Counted from the first letter of the stretch, positions 26,872-42,325 are shown. The stretch is 64,000 nucleotides of DNA from Heptranchias perlo (GCF_035084215.1 NW_027139442.1:5146001-5210000), one strand, 5' to 3'. Notes: generated by a model not told the origin, from the letters alone. Translations and numbers: made by a program.

Positions 26872-26906
26872 TTTGGTTTGTGTCCGGTTAGAAAGGGTCG
26901 AGTTGT

Positions 26907-27227
<321 letters not shown>

Positions 27228-27749
27228 TCACTCAGATCGCTGCTGAATGAAAGACTCTCGCCTTTCTTCTGCATTTATAAAGCCCGCCCCGACCTGGTTG
27301 AGAAATGCACATTATCGGAGAGTCCGGGGAAGAGTGTTTGAATGAAAGACAGAGCATGAAGTGCGGGAGAGGAGGAGACTGGCTCAGAATGACGGACAAG
27401 CGGACGTGCAACTTCAAGCTCCGCCTCCAGGAATTAGTTACCGTCCTTTATAAAATTTTCACCAGCATCAAATAGGAAATACAAATTCAGAGACAATCCT
27501 TACAGACTCCGGCTTGATATTCAAGGGTTTCCAGAAAAAAAGGCGGAATATATAATTTAAATTCAATAAATGAGGCACACTACAGTTCCAACACAATCAC
27601 TTTCATAATAAAATCAATCAATGCCGCTACGGAACCGTTGGAAGAGGGATAGTTTTAGTTTCAGATTTGTAGCTGACAGGAGGCGCCCAATAGTTTAATA
27701 AACATCAATCGGTGTGGAAGGCAATCTGTACCTTTCCGTGCTTGGGTCA

Positions 27750-28440
27750 GTATGGGACTGGATAGAATCAGGCACTGGGATGAATGGAGAATGATCCTGT
27801 GTGTGGACTGGGTAGATTCAGGTCCTGGGATGGACAGAGACAGTTACTGTGTGGGTACAATGCGTTTATTGGAGCTGAAGTCATTGGGAACTGGACAGAA
27901 TCAGGGAACGGAATGGACAGACCCAGGTCCTGTATGGGGACTGCATGGATTCAGGGACCAGGATGGACAGACCCAGGTCTTGTGTGGGGACTGGATAGAT
28001 TCAGATATTGGATAGACAGACCCAGGTCCTGTGTGTGGACTGGATAGATTCAGGTATTGGATGGACAGACCCAGGTCCTGTGTGTGGACTGGATAGATTC
28101 AGGTATTGGATGGACAGACCCAGTTCCTGTGTGTGGACTGCATATATTCAGGGACCGGGATGGACAGAGACAGTTCCTGTGTGGGTAAAATGAGTTTAAT
28201 TAGAGCTGAGGTCATTGGGGACTGGATAGATTCAGGGACCGGAATGGATGGAGATTGGTCATGTGTGGCTATTATGAATTGAATTAGAGCTGGAGTCAGT
28301 GTGAAATTGGATAGATTCAGGGACCGGGATGGACATACCCAGGTCCTGTGTGGGGACTGGATAGATTCAGTGGTCGGGATGGACAGACCCAGGTCCTGTT
28401 TGGGGACTGGATCGATTCAGGGACCGGGATGGACAGAGAC
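27750..28440 (+). repeat. 49-50-bp minisatellite (GGACTGGATAGATTCAGGGACCGGGATGGACAGACCCAGGTCCTGTGTG)
   Basis: CCCAGGTC anchors at 27922, 27972, 28021 and 28070. Confidence 0.85.
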
Positions 28441-28479
28441 TTGACCCTGGCCACTGTGTGAGCCGGAATATGACCGTTC

Positions 28480-28790
28480 GCAACCTTTGTGTCCTATCTG
28501 TCCCTGAGATGAGCATCCGACCACATATCCGCTCCATCACCAAGACCTAATTCCACCTTTGAAACATCGCGCGTCTCCGCCCCTGCCTCAGCTGATCTGG
28601 TGCTGAAACACTCATCCATTCCCTTGTTACCTCCAGACTTGGCTATTCCAATGCTCTCCTGGTCAGCCTCCGATCTTCCACGCTCTGTAAACATGAACTC
28701 CTACAAATCTCCGTTGCCCTATTCTAACTCCCTCCAACTCCCGTTCACCTGTCACCCTTGTGTTCGGTGACTTACATTGGATCCCATTCC
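28480..28790 (+). mobile_element. L2-clade LINE ORF2 C-terminal fragment
   Basis: Degenerate HIRSITKT..FHL.NIARLRPCLS..AETLIHSLVTSRLGYSNALL, typical of L2 post-RT sequence. Confidence 0.65.
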
Positions 28791-28896
28791 TTCAACCGCT
28801 ATAGTGATGTAATATATCAACGTAGACCGGGGATAACTGTGATCAATAGGTCAGTCTCTTCAGACAGTAACCAGCCCTTTCACAGATACAGTGGGT

Positions 28897-28912
28897 GGCT
28901 CTGAAAAGAGCC
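28897..28912 (-). terminator. histone 3' stem-loop (H2A)
   Basis: Minus strand GGCTCTTTTCAGAGCC-ACCCA. Confidence 0.95.
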
Positions 28913-28943
28913 TTTGGGTTGATCAGATTAAATCTTGGCCGAT

Positions 28944-29393
<450 letters not shown>

Positions 29394-30286
29394 TTATACC
29401 TTCTGGAGGTATAAAGTGGGGGCACTTGTAATTGGTCAATCTGTTGTCAATCTCATTGGTTTAGCGAACAGCCCAATCAGAGAGCTGTTTTATTCGCCAA
29501 TCAATAGCCGGCAATGAGAAAAGGGCGGAAAATACCGAACTGAACCGTTTTTTTGAAATTTGAAAAGCCCGCCAAAATATTTGTAACACAAGAAGCGGAT
29601 TTAGTAAATAATGTCGCCTTAAGACAAAGATTAAAAAATCTCTCTCCTTTTACTCTGTTATTGCACATTTCCCGTCACAACTTCCAGAATCTTTTACAAT
29701 CCGTTTAAAATCCGGCTCCCTTCACCGTTCGCTTTCAATGTAACGGGACAGATTCCAGCTCAATCTTTGTAAAAGTAACAAACCACAGATTGTGGATTGA
29801 TCCCTGTTCACAGGAGCTGCAGCGCGATCGAAACCGGAGCCGAGACTCCTGGTGTAAGAAGTCGAACAGTGACAGAGCCTTTCGACTTTTCTGTACTCGG
29901 TGTGACGTCCCTTTCAGGGTTGCTGCATTTCAAATGATTGCGGTTCTCAAAGTGATATTCCCGAATAATGAACAAACAAACGTGAAAAGGAGAAAGAAAT
30001 GAAGTCTAATCCATCGCCTTAAGACGGCTATGAAGGGGCAGACGCGGGGGAAGGGGCGGAATATGAACGGGAATGAGAGGATCAGGGACACGTTTTTGGT
30101 TATTGGAACTAAACAGAAAGCGACACATAGATTATTATACCTGGCAGTGATTATGAGAATCTTCCAGATTTCAAGAGAAATTAGAAAAGCACAAGAGTTA
30201 TAGAGAGACAGTTACTATCAAACTATCTACAGTAAAATGATTCCATACAGAGGGGTCGGCACAGCGTCTTCAGAGAGACTGTGGGT

Positions 30287-30302
30287 GGCTCTTAAAAGAG
30301 CC
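30287..30302 (-). terminator. histone 3' stem-loop (H2B)
   Basis: Minus strand GGCTCTTTTAAGAGCC-ACCCA. Confidence 0.95.
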
Positions 30303-30337
30303 TTTGTGTTTATTTTTTTTCAGTTGATTGTGGAGTT

Positions 30338-30712
30338 TTACTTGGAGCTGGTGTACTTGGTCACCGCCTTTGTCCCTTCCGACACGGCGTGTTTGGCCAG
30401 TTCTCCGGGCAGCAACAGGCGCACAGCGGTCTGGATCTCCCGGGAGCTGATGGTGTGGCGTTTATTATAATGGGCCAGGCGGGAAGCCTCACCCGCGATG
30501 CGCTCGAAAATATCGTTCACAAAGGAGTTCATGATGCTCATGGCCTTTGAGGAGATGCCGGTGTCGGGGTGAACCTGCTTCATCACTTTGTAGACGTAGA
30601 TGGAGTAACTCTCCTTCCTCGACTTTCTCCGCTTCTTGCCGCCCTTGGCTGGTGCTTTACTCAAGGTTTTCTTGGCGCCCTTCTTGGGAGCTGCTTTCTT
30701 GTCCTCAGGCAT
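30338..30712 (-). CDS. H2B: histone H2B (124 aa; NKRHTISS variant)
   Basis: Intact ORF, ATG at 30712. Confidence 0.97.
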   Translation of the reverse strand: MPEDKKAAPKKGAKKTLSKAPAKGGKKRRKSRKESYSIYVYKVMKQVHPDTGISSKAMSIMNSFVNDIFERIAGEASRLAHYNKRHTISSREIQTAVRLLLPGELAKHAVSEGTKAVTKYTSSK

Positions 30713-31169
30713 CTCAAAACTCAATTTCAGACCCAGAAATGACACAAATCCACTCCGAGCTCGGATGAAATAGGCAGCCCCACAACCCTATGCGAATAAG
30801 GGATGGTGGAAGGCAATGATTGTGATTGGGACATTGGGAGTGATAAACGTCACCTTTTCCTTTCACTCTCTGATAGGTTTCTTCAGATATCCAATCAGAT
30901 TCAGTATCTGCCACCAATCACAAACACGCTCACACTTCACGTTCTCCGGTTTCAGCAATTTGTTCCGAACTGTTGCAGTTCTGCTTCCGGCCAGTAGATG
31001 TCCCCAAACCCCTGACATTGAAGTTTGCAGATGAGAGAGAGACAGAAGATAAACTCATTCTTCACATTATATTGCACGAGTGGGATTCAGAGAAACTGGG
31101 AATGGAGAACATTTTGTTGGAGCAAACATTTTTTGTAATGTCGTGTGAAATGCTTGTAATTATTTAGTG

Positions 31170-32090
31170 GGTATAGCCTATTCTGAGGAAGAATGTAACA
31201 AAATTCAAGAAGACTTTAATAAACTTGCTGAAAGGCGGTGTAAATGGCCATTGAATTTCCATATAGAAAGTTGTGACGTGGTGCATTTTGCTCGGGGGAA
31301 TAAGGAGGCCTCACACTGCTTGGAAAACAAGAGTCGAAATGGGGTCGAAGAGCAAAGGGATTTAGGGGTACAGATTGACAAATCATTAAAGTAGCAACTC
31401 AGGTTGATAATGTCATAGAAAACAAACACAGAGGTTTATTTCTAAAGGAACAGAATTGAAAAGGAGATAAGTTCTGTTGAACTGTAATTTAAACTGTCAA
31501 ACCTTCTGTCAAACTATTAAACCTTCCCTTTCTGAAATCCGTGCTGACTATTCCTTATTATATTTTCGGTTTCTAGATGTTTATCTACTGCATCATTGAG
31601 TAAAGGATTCCATGATCATCCCCACCACTGACCTTTCGTTAACTGGTCTATAGTTCCCTGCACTTGTTCTATCTCCTGTTTTAAAATATAACAATCCCAT
31701 TAGCTGTCATCCAGTCCTTTGGCACTATTCCACTTTGTGATGATTTTGTCTATATATGTAACAGTGCATCTGCTATCTCTTCCCTTGCTTCATTTAATAT
31801 GCACGGATACAATCCATCAGGACCAGTTCAACCACCCTTTCTAACTTCAATGTCTTGATATCTTTATTGACCTCTTCCTTTAATATCATGTTCACCCTGT
31901 TAATCTCCCGGGTAAATACTGAGCAAAGTAATAATTCAATATTTCTGCTATTTCGCTGAACTTACCTGTGAGTTTATCTTGTGCATCCCTCAGTGGCACT
32001 CAAACTATTCTGATTTTCATTTTGTTATTTTTGTATCTGTAGAATAATTTATTATTTCTTTTCATATACCTTGATAATTTGATTTCGTGG
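31170..32090. mobile_element. decayed CR1 ORF2 fragments (inverted duplicate of 5880-6810)
   Basis: ORF 31167-31394 reads EECNKIQEDFNKL..NFHIESCDVVHF..EQRDLGVQIDKSLK. Confidence 0.7.
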
Positions 32091-33149
32091 TTCCTGTTTT
32101 CTTCTGTAATTGTTTTTGTGACTTCTTCCTAACCTCTTCCTATTTGCTTTTGTCATCCTCTTATTTAATATCTATGAATGAGAAATTCCACCAGCTTGTT
32201 GTGTCTGTTCAGGGGCTGATGTTTGGGAACTATTTATTGTCTGTGATTCAAGTACCAAAAACCCAAAGGGCGCAATTCAGTGTGAAACTCCACAGAAACA
32301 CTCTACTTCTCTCTCCTCGTGAAATAAGGCGCTTTCATGGTGAGTATAGCTGCCTTCCAAACAGTTAATTCCAACAGGTTTGAATCCAAGCACGCTGAAT
32401 TCAGAAACACCAAGACTGGAATCAAATTTGATGATGTTCAGAGGGATCGTGTTTCCAAAACACAAACGGGTCTAATTTATATTTTAAAAATATTTTAAAT
32501 ATTCATTTATTTCCCCCATAACGTTGAATTTAACTTTGTTCCTTTGTATTATTATTTCTCCTGATCTGTACAGTGGATACAGGACACAATTGCCCGGATT
32601 CAGTGAAATTAATTGATTTCCTGAAGTTTTTCCCTCTGCAGATTCCAGTTCCTTATTTAAATTATGTCGGATTAACCTTTCTGATCGATAGAAGGGTCAT
32701 TGACCTGAACCGTTAACCCGAGCTTCCCTGCTCCACAGATGCTGCCGGACCTGCTGAGTCTTTCCAGCATTTTCGGTTTTAATTTTTTCTATGTTTTATC
32801 CCTTTCACTTTTGACGGTCATTGGAACTTCCAGATTTGCGCTCAGTTTTTATTTGTGTTTCAGTTCGGTTTATTTGAATTAATATAAATCGTGTCCTGAG
32901 AAATCAGACAGAAATATTGCGCAATGTAGAGTGAAATATAATGGGGCAACTTTCGAATGAGCAAAACAAGAACTTTATTATGAATCAATTGTCTTCATTT
33001 TCACTGACAAAATATGAAAAAATACGAGAGCAGAAGTTACAGAGAGAAACTCTTTCCTCCCATTGCATTGTCCTGAATCTGTATCAACGACAGATGATGT
33101 GAATTTGTTCCACTCTGTTACAGTTCTCCCTTACAGCCAGTAGATGTCA

Positions 33150-35000
33150 GACTGTATGTGAGTGTGAGATTCATTCTGTGTCTGTCAGTCTCCGGTACTG
33201 TGTGTGTGTATGTGTGTTTGTGGGATTTATTCTTTATCTGTCAGTCTCTGGTGCTTTATGTGAATGTAGGATTCATTCTATTCTTGTCAGTCTCTGATAC
33301 TGCGTGTGAGTGTGGGATTCATTGTGTAACTCCGTCTCTGGGACAAAGTGAAAGTCTGGATTCGTTCTGTATTCTTATTTCATGTTACAGTATATTGCTT
33401 GAAACTGTATGTTTCATTCATTAATGGATGCACAATCTTTTGTCCAGCATTAATTTATAATTATGGATACACTTTTGGATTTTGTTTTAATCAAACAATG
33501 TGTGTGAGTTTTGGTGTAGGATTACACTTTAATCTCTGAAGACTTTTGTAAATGATAATTTACATTTCATCTTTTACTGTGAAATTATTGGACTGGTATT
33601 TCTTGTGCAGCTCAGTCTGCGCAAATGGAATTGATACTCTATCTTTCAGTCTGATTCTGTGTAATATATTTAGATTAGTCTGTAAGGTGTAGCTCAGTCA
33701 GCTATAATGGAATTGATACAGTAACAGACTTAAAGATGAAGTATGAGGTTTTTGAACTGGTATGGAATGTGTAGCTCAGTCTGTACAAATCAAATTGATA
33801 CTGGGGCTCAATCAGCTATAATAAGAATGATACTGTATCTTTCAGTCCGATACCGTGTGAGGTTTTTGGACCGGTATGTAATGTGTCGCTTAGTCTGCAC
33901 TAATGGAATTGATGCTGTACCTTTTAGTCTGCTACTGTGTAATATATTTAGACTGGTGTGTAAGGTGTAGCTCAGTCTGCACAAATGGGATTGATACTGT
34001 ATCTTTCAGCATGGCCAAGAATGTGATTTTTGGACTGGTAGGTAATGTGTAGCTCAGTCTGACACTGTATGAGATTTATGGGTTGTTTGTAATTTGTAGC
34101 TCATTCAGCATTGATGGAATTGATACGTTTTCTGTCAATCTGACACTGTGATTTTTTTTGTTCTAGTATGTAATGTGTGGTTCAGTCAACACTAATGAAA
34201 TTGATGCTGTACATTTCAGCATGAGCTTGAAGTGATTTTTGGACTGATATGTAATGTGTAGTTCAGTCTGTACGAATGGAATTGACACTCTAGCTTTCAG
34301 TCAGACACTGAGAGAGATTTTTGGACTGGTTTGTAATGTGTGGCTTAGTCCACACTAATAGGATTCATACTGTATATTTCAGTACGACACTGCATGCGAA
34401 TTTTGGACTGTATATAATGTGTAGCTCAGTCTGCAATAATGGAATTGATACTGTATCTTTCAGTCTGATGCTGCGGAATATATTTAGACTGGTGTGTAAT
34501 GTGTAACTCATTCTGCACTAATGGGATTGATACTGCATCATTCGGCATGACCCTGAATCTGTTTTTTGAACTGTTATATAATGTGTAGCTCAGTCTGCTG
34601 TAATGGAATTCATACTGTGCCTTTCAGTTTGACCCTGAATGTGATTTTTGGACGGGTATATAATGTGTAGCTCAATCTGCACTAATGGGATGATGCTGCA
34701 TCTTTCAGTCTCATACTGTGAGAGATTTTTGTACTGGTATGTAATGTGTACGTCAGTCTGTACTAATCAAATCAATACTATATCTTTCAGTTTTATACTG
34801 TATGAGAATTTTGGACTGGTATCTAACGTGTACCTCAATCTGCAGTAAAGGAATTAAAACTGTACATTTCATTCTGACACCATGAGGTTTTTGAACATAT
34901 ATGTGAGTCAATTATGGGTAACATCTGAATTGGTATCTAATTTGTATCTCAGGGTGTACTATTGGCATGAATACTGCACCTTTAAACTCAAAATGTGTGT
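33150..35000 (-). repeat. 46-bp (33150-33400) and 82-bp (33570-35000) satellite arrays, inverted orientation
   Basis: Reverse complement of the units seen in 1-4830. Confidence 0.85.
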
Positions 35001-36659
35001 GAATTGAGGGCTGGTATTTAATTTTAATCTTGGAGTACACTATTGTTATTCACTCTGTATCTATCAATCAGTACCATGTGTCAGTTCTATCTGGTATTTA
35101 ATTTGTAGCTAAGGCTGAAATAATGTGAGAATTGAAACAGTGCCTTTCAATCTGAAACTGGGTGTGATTTTGGACTGGGAATTATTTATTTGCCATTCAG
35201 CGGTACTGAGTCATTGTGAAATAGAAATTCCGTCTGTCTCTCCTGCTCTGTTTGACTGTTGGATTGGGATCAGTGTGGTATTGACCATTTCTGCTATCTG
35301 AGAATGTGGAACTGATGACCTGTCAGTGTCTCTATGCTCTGAGTGTTAATGTACATACTGTGTGTGAGAAGGAGCTGGCTGCACTGACTGCTCCTTGTGC
35401 CTCGGGTGGAGTAAACATCCCACTGATTCTGGGTCCTTCAACGAATTGACTGATGGAAAAAAAACTGTCTCTTGTAACTCAAGAACAGGTGAGGTAGAAA
35501 AAACCAAAAGTGATCAATTGAATCTCTCTGTTAATAATCATTGTAATATCCACAAAGGAAAAACAGCGCTACAAACAGTGTCAGTGTCTGATTCCACTGC
35601 AGTACTGCAGCACTCAGCTTCTGCACACCAGGTGTGTTGGGCAATTTTACAATTTAGTGACATCCAGACACAACCCAACCCCTGCACTGATCCATGAATG
35701 GGTCTACCCGATTGGGCAGGGACCTTTGTACATATCAGATTTCTACTCCCCTTTCTCATGGGACTAACCGTTCAACCGAAACAAAACAGCCGCTGTTTAA
35801 AATGTGACCTTCACACTTCTCACCTGATGCCTGCAATAGATGCTCTTTGTATAACTCCCCATATCCTTACTGTCCGGCTCTGTTTACTGTTCAATAACAA
35901 ACACTAAAGGTTAATGGGCAGGTTTAAAAAATCAGATTTAGTACCTGCCACCAATCACAAACACGCTCACACTGCACATTGTCCGGTTTCAGCAATTTGT
36001 TCCGAACTGTTGCAGTTCTGCTTCCGGCCAGTAGATGTCCCCAAACCCCGGGACATTGAAGTTTGCAGATGAGAGAGGGACAGAAGATAAACTCATTCTT
36101 CACATTATATTGCACGAGTGGGATTTAGAACAAAACTGGGAATGGAGACGAGCTGCAAGTACATTTTTTTGGACCAAAAACTACTTGTAATGCTGTGTTA
36201 AATTCTTGTAATTGATTTAGGGGGTATAGTCAATATTGAGGAAGACTGGGACAAAATAACCTTGCAGAACGGCCGTGCAAATGGTCATTGAATTTCAATA
36301 TAGAAAAGTGTGAGGTGGTGCATTTCGCTCGGGGGAATAAGGAGGCCACATACTGCATGGAAAATAAGAGTCTAAATGGGGTAGAGGTGCAATGTAAATC
36401 ATCCTGAGAAATCAGCGAGAAATACTTCGCAATGTAAATTGAAATACAATGGGGTAAATTCACAACTATCGAATGAGTGAAACAAAAACTTTATTATGAA
36501 TCAATTGTCTTCATTTTTCACCGTCAAAAAGTGCAAAAATACGAGAGTAAAAGTTGCAGACCGAAACTTCCATCACATTGCACATTATCCTGTTTCTGGA
36601 ACCACGACAGATAATGTGAATTTGTCCCCTCATTACAGTTCTCGCTTACGGCCAGTCGA

Positions 36660-39600
36660 TGTCAGTCTCTAGTACTGTATATGAGAGTGGGGTTGATTCT
36701 GTATCTGTCAGTCTCTGGTACTGTGCGTGAGTTTGGGATTCATTCAGTATCTGTCAATCTCTGGTACTGAGTGTGAGCATGGGGTATGTTCTGCATCTTT
36801 CAGTCTCAGGTACTATAGATAAGTGATGGATTCATTCTGTATCTGTCAGTCTCTGGTACTTTATGTGAGTGTGGGATTAATTCTGCATCTGTCATTTTCT
36901 GGTGCTGTATGTGAGTGTGGGATTCATTCTGTATCTGTCATTCTCTGCTACTTTATCTCAGTGTGGGATTCATTCTGTCATTCAGTCTCTGAGACAATGT
37001 GCAAGTCTGGATTCATTCTGTATTCTTATTTCAGTTTACAGTATCGTATTTGAAACTGTATCTTTAATGCTTTAAATTATATATAGTTCTTCGTCGATTA
37101 TTTACATTGTTAATATGGATACATTTTTCGATTTTCTTTATTCAAACAATGTGTGAGAGTTTTGGAGCAGTATTATATCTTAATCTCTGAACTGTATTGT
37201 GAATGATAATGTACCTTTCAATCTGTTCCCGGTGAAATTATTGGACTGGTATGTAATGAGTAGCTCAGTCTGCGATAATGGGATTAATTCTGTATCTGAG
37301 TCTAACACGACATGTGATTTTTGGACACGATATGTAATATGTAGCTCATCCTGCACTAAAGGAATTGATACTGTATCTATCAGTCTTATACTGTATGAAG
37401 TTTTTGGACTGGTGAGTAACATGTAGTTCAGTCTGTGCTAATGGAATTGATATTATATCTTTGAGTCTGATAAGGTATGAGATTCTTGGATTGCTATATA
37501 ATGTGTGGCTCAGTCTGCACTAATGAAATCGATACTGTACCTTTCAGTCTAACATTGTATGAGATTGTTGGACTGTTATATAATGTTTAGCTCAGGCGGT
37601 GCTAAAATAATTTAAACTATATCTTTCAGTCTGATCACTTATGTGATTTTTGGACTCGTATGTAATGTGTAGCTCAGTCTGCACCAATGGTATTGATAAT
37701 ATTTATATCTGTATAATACTGAGTATTTACCAATATATCTAATATGTAGCTCAGTCTGCACTAATGGAATTTATACTCTATCTTTCAATCTGATACTATG
37801 AGATCTTTGGACTGGTCTGTAAAGTGTAACTCAGTCTGCAGTAATGTGACTGTGACATTCATTCTGTATCCGTCAGTCTCTGGTAATTTTTGAGTGAGAG
37901 ATTCATTCTGTATCTGTCAGTCCCTGGTACTGTGCGTGAGTGAGATTCATTCTGTTCCGGATACTGTATGTGAGTGTAGGATTCATTCTATATCTGTCAG
38001 TCTCTGGTACTGAGTGTGAGCATGGGGTTTATTCTGCATCTCTCAGTCTCAGGGGTATTATATATAAGTGATGGATTCATTCTGTATATGTCAGTCTCTG
38101 GTGCTATCTGTGTGTGTGGGATTCATTCTGTATCTGCCATTCTCTGCTACTTTATCTCAGTGTGGGATTCATTCTGTAATTCAGTCTCTGAGACAATGTG
38201 CAAGTCTGAATTCATTCGGCGTTCTTATTTCAGTTTACAGTATCGTTTTTGAAACTGTAGATTTAATACTTTAAATTATATAGAGTTCTTCATCGAGTAT
38301 TTAATTTGTTAATATGGATACACTTTACAATTTTCTTTAATCAAACAATGTGTGTGAGTTTTGGAGTAGTATTACATCTTAATCTATGAACTTTATTGTG
38401 AATGATAATGTCCCTTTCAATCTGTTCCCGGTGAAATTATTGGACCCTTATGTAATGTTTAGTTTATTCTGCAATAATGGGATTAATTCTGTATCTCAGT
38501 CTAAACTGTATGAGATTTTTGGACTGGTGTGTAACATGTAGCTCAGTCTGTGCTAATGGAATTGATATTGTATCTTTGAGTCTGATAAGGTATGAGATTC
38601 TTGGACTGCTATATAATGTGTGGCTCAGTCTGCACTCATGAAATCGATACTACATCTTTTAGTCTAATATTTTATGGGATTTTCAGTCTGGTATGTAATG
38701 TACAGCTCAGGCAGTGCTAATAGAATTGAAACTCTATTTTCCAGTCTGATCATTTATGAGGTTTTTGGACTCGTATGTAATGTGTAGTTCAGTCTGTACC
38801 AATGGTATTGATACTGTTTATTTCAGTATAATACTCCATGAGTATTTACCAATATATCTAATATGTAGCTCAGTCTGCGCGAATAGAATTGATACTGCAC
38901 CTTTAAATCTGACACTATGAGATTTTTGCACTGGTATGTAATGTGTCACTAAGACAGCATTGATGGAATTGATGAGGTATCTTTCGATCTGCGACTGTGA
39001 GATTTTTGCTCTGGGACGTAATGTGTAACTCAGCCTGCACTAATGTAGGTGACTGTGAGATTCACTTTGTATCTCTCAGTCTCTGGTACTGACTGTGAGT
39101 GTGGGATTCATGCTGTAACTGTCACTCTCTGGTACTCTATTTGACTGTGGGATTCATTCTGCATATACATTCTCAGGTACTGCTTGTGAGTGTGGGATTC
39201 ATTCTGTATCTGTCAGTCTCTGGTACTGTGTGTGAGATTCATTCTGTATCTGCCAATCTCAGGTACTGTGTGTGAGTGTGGGATTCAGTCTGTATCTGTC
39301 AGTCTCGAGTACTGTGTGTGAGTGTGAGATTCATTCTGTACTCTGTCAGACTCTGGTACTGTACGTGAGTGTGGCCTTCATTCTGTATCTGCCAATCTCA
39401 GGTACTGTGTTTGAGTTTGGGATTTATTTTGTATCTCTCAGTCTCTAGTGCTTTATGAGAGTGTGGGATGGTTTTGCTATCTGTCAGTCCTTGGTACTGT
39501 ATGTCAGTGTGGGATAAATTCTGTATCTGACATCTCTCGTACCATACTTGAGTGTTGGATTCACTCTGTGTCTGGCAACCTCTAGTACTGTATGTGAGTG

Positions 39601-40060
39601 TGGGATTCATTCTGTGTTTGTGTGTCTCTGTACTGTATCTGAGTGTGAGATTCATTCTGTATCTGTATATAATTATTCTCTCAGATTACATTATGATTTT
39701 CAATACTGTAGCTTTACTATCTTAATGTTTAAACAGTTTTTCCCAGTATTTAATTGGTAAACATGGATACACTTTAGGATTTGATGCTGGAGGTTTTAAT
39801 CAGAAGATTTGTGTTTTTTGGACGAGTATCATATCAGTATCTCTGTGAGTACTATTGTGAATGATAATATTTCTTTCAAACTGATATGGTGACATTTTTG
39901 AATTGCTATATAACGTGTCGATCAGCCTGCAGTAAAGGAATTGATACTGTATCTTTAAATCTCATGCTATGAGTGTATTATAAACTGGTATCTAATTTGT
40001 TTCTCAGGTTACACTGTCACAGCATTTCTCAATCTGATATTGTACATGATTTTTGGACTT
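36660..40060 (-). repeat. mosaic of 46-bp and 82-bp satellite arrays, inverted
   Basis: 46-mer at ~36660-37050, 37850-38250, 39050-39670; 82-mer at ~37200-37850, 38400-39050. Confidence 0.82.
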
Positions 40061-42325
40061 GCAATTTGTATTCGAATGGTACACTATTCGAATGGATACT
40101 GCATGTATTAAACTCCCGTGTGGGTGTGAGGGTTCTGGGCTAGTATTCAATTGGAATCTCGGGGTATCTGATTTTTAATTCATGGCGAATTCTGCACTTC
40201 TTGGAAATTGACAATCTGATAGTGTGACTTTGGACTGGGATTTTTGTATCTACCTGTCAGCGGGACTGAGTTCGGGTGCAATGGAACAGCGTCTGCCTCA
40301 CCTGCTCTGTTTGACTGTTGGATTGAAGATGTGTCGCTGGAACTTGGGATCAGTGTGGAACTGACAACTTCTGCTGTCTGAGACTGTGGATCTGATGACC
40401 TGTCTGTGTCTCTGTGCTCTGAGAGTGATAATATACATACTGTGTGTGAGAAGGAGTTGGCTGCACTGTTCCTTTGTCTCGGGGGGAGGAAACTTTACAT
40501 TCATTCTGGATCCTTCTCGGATTTGCCTGTAGAAAGAAAATTATCTCTTGTTACTCAATAACAGGTGAGGTAGAAAATACAAAAGTGATCAGTTTAAAGC
40601 TCTGTTAATAATTATTTTGTACATCCACAAATGAAAACCAGTGATACAGTGTCAGTGTCTGACTCGACTGCAGTACTGCAGCACTCAGCTTCAGCATACC
40701 AGGTGTGTTAGGCTGTTTTAGAACAATTTAGTGACATCCAGACAAAATGCAACCCCTGCACTGATCCATGAATGGGACTACCCGATGGGGCAGGGACCTT
40801 TGTACAGGTCGGGTTTCTAATCCCCTCTCCCATGGGACTAACCGTTCAACTGAAAGCAAACAGCCGCTGTTTGAAATGTGTCCTTTACACTTCTCACCTG
40901 GTGCTTTCAATAGATGCTCTTTGTATAACTCCCCACATCCTTACTGTCCGGCTCTGTTTCCACTCGTCACTGTCCAATAACAATAAACAGGGTGAGACTG
41001 GAACTAAACCAGGAACATTCACTACTGGTTTGGGGAGAGAAAGCAGCAATGATTTTAAATAGCAGGTTCTTCCCATTCTCTCTCCATTCCCCTGGACACA
41101 CCCTGTGCACACACAGCCCGAGAATGACCTCTCCCTTCCCCGGCTCACTCCATGTTCCGGGACCAGTTCCTGATCCACTCCGCCTCTTACAAACAGACCC
41201 CGGACTCCCCGGCCCTTACGCTGGACTCAATGCCGATCTCTGAGCCCATCTGCGGACACGGTCCCGAAGCGATGAGCTGCTGTAACGAGGCTACTCTTTG
41301 CTCCCTTCCCCCGGGGGCCGTGATCTCTCCATTCCCGGCTGTTTTAAACCAACTTCTTCCGCTCACTGAGGGAATGGCTCCCACAGGCCGAGCTGGGGGA
41401 GGGGAGCGCGCATGCGCTCTTCTGCTCACCAACAATCAGCGCTGGGGGCGGGGCTGGGTCACGCATGCGCAGATATCTGGTTTAATTCCCAATACAAAAA
41501 TCGATGGAAACTGTTATTGAGTGTGAAACGGACATACTGATAGGAAGTGTGAGACTGATACATTGTCTGTGTGTGTGTCTCTGTCTGTCTGTTTATCTGT
41601 CGGTCTGTCTTTCTCTCTCTCCAGCGCTGTAAATGAAAGCGAAATACTGTTACTGAACTTAATATCGACACCCTGGTGGAAGGTAAAGATTGATTCAGTG
41701 TTTGTGAACAGACCTCCGGTGCTGTTGGTGAGATAGTCACTGTCCCTTCTATTATGTATGAGCCGGATTGACGGTGCATTTATCAGTCTCCAGTCCAATA
41801 AGGAAAGGTGGAGAGAAACAGCCTCTAACGGCCTGACACTGGACTGCCTGTTAGTGTTGAATTTATTCTGTAACTCGCCATCTCTGGGTGTTGAGAATGG
41901 GACGGATCGGACACCAGTTACTATTGTCTGTCAGTCAGTTTAGGAGGAGAGAGAAACACAGAGAGACTGGAAGAGCCCAGAGCGGATAATTTGTATTATC
42001 GTCTTAACCAAACATATTTCTGTGTACGAACAGTATAATATTTTAAAACCAGATGTGAATTATCACACCAACAGCTGTGATTGTCTCCTGCCCCTGAATC
42101 TGGGGACCACACACTGTGAGGAGCGCCGGCCTCAGAGTGTTTAACAGTTACTGAGCTGGGAAACTACAACTAACCCCCGAGAATCTGCAGCACAGGCCGA
42201 GCGGGGAGGAAAGCCTGTCCCGGGAATTGTCAATCTGGCGACCGGTTTGTCCTGTGAATGTGAAGATGTGAACATTGTGTCAAAGAGAGTGTGTTAAAGG
42301 GGCGGGCGGGTTAGATTAATGTCAC

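Noticed and set aside
32675-32720. Possible active hammerhead ribozymes in PLE relics (~5270-5312, 32680-32720, 54655-54695)
   Set aside because: The core is disrupted (insertion within CUGANGA, GAAA changed to GAAC), so they are probably inactive.
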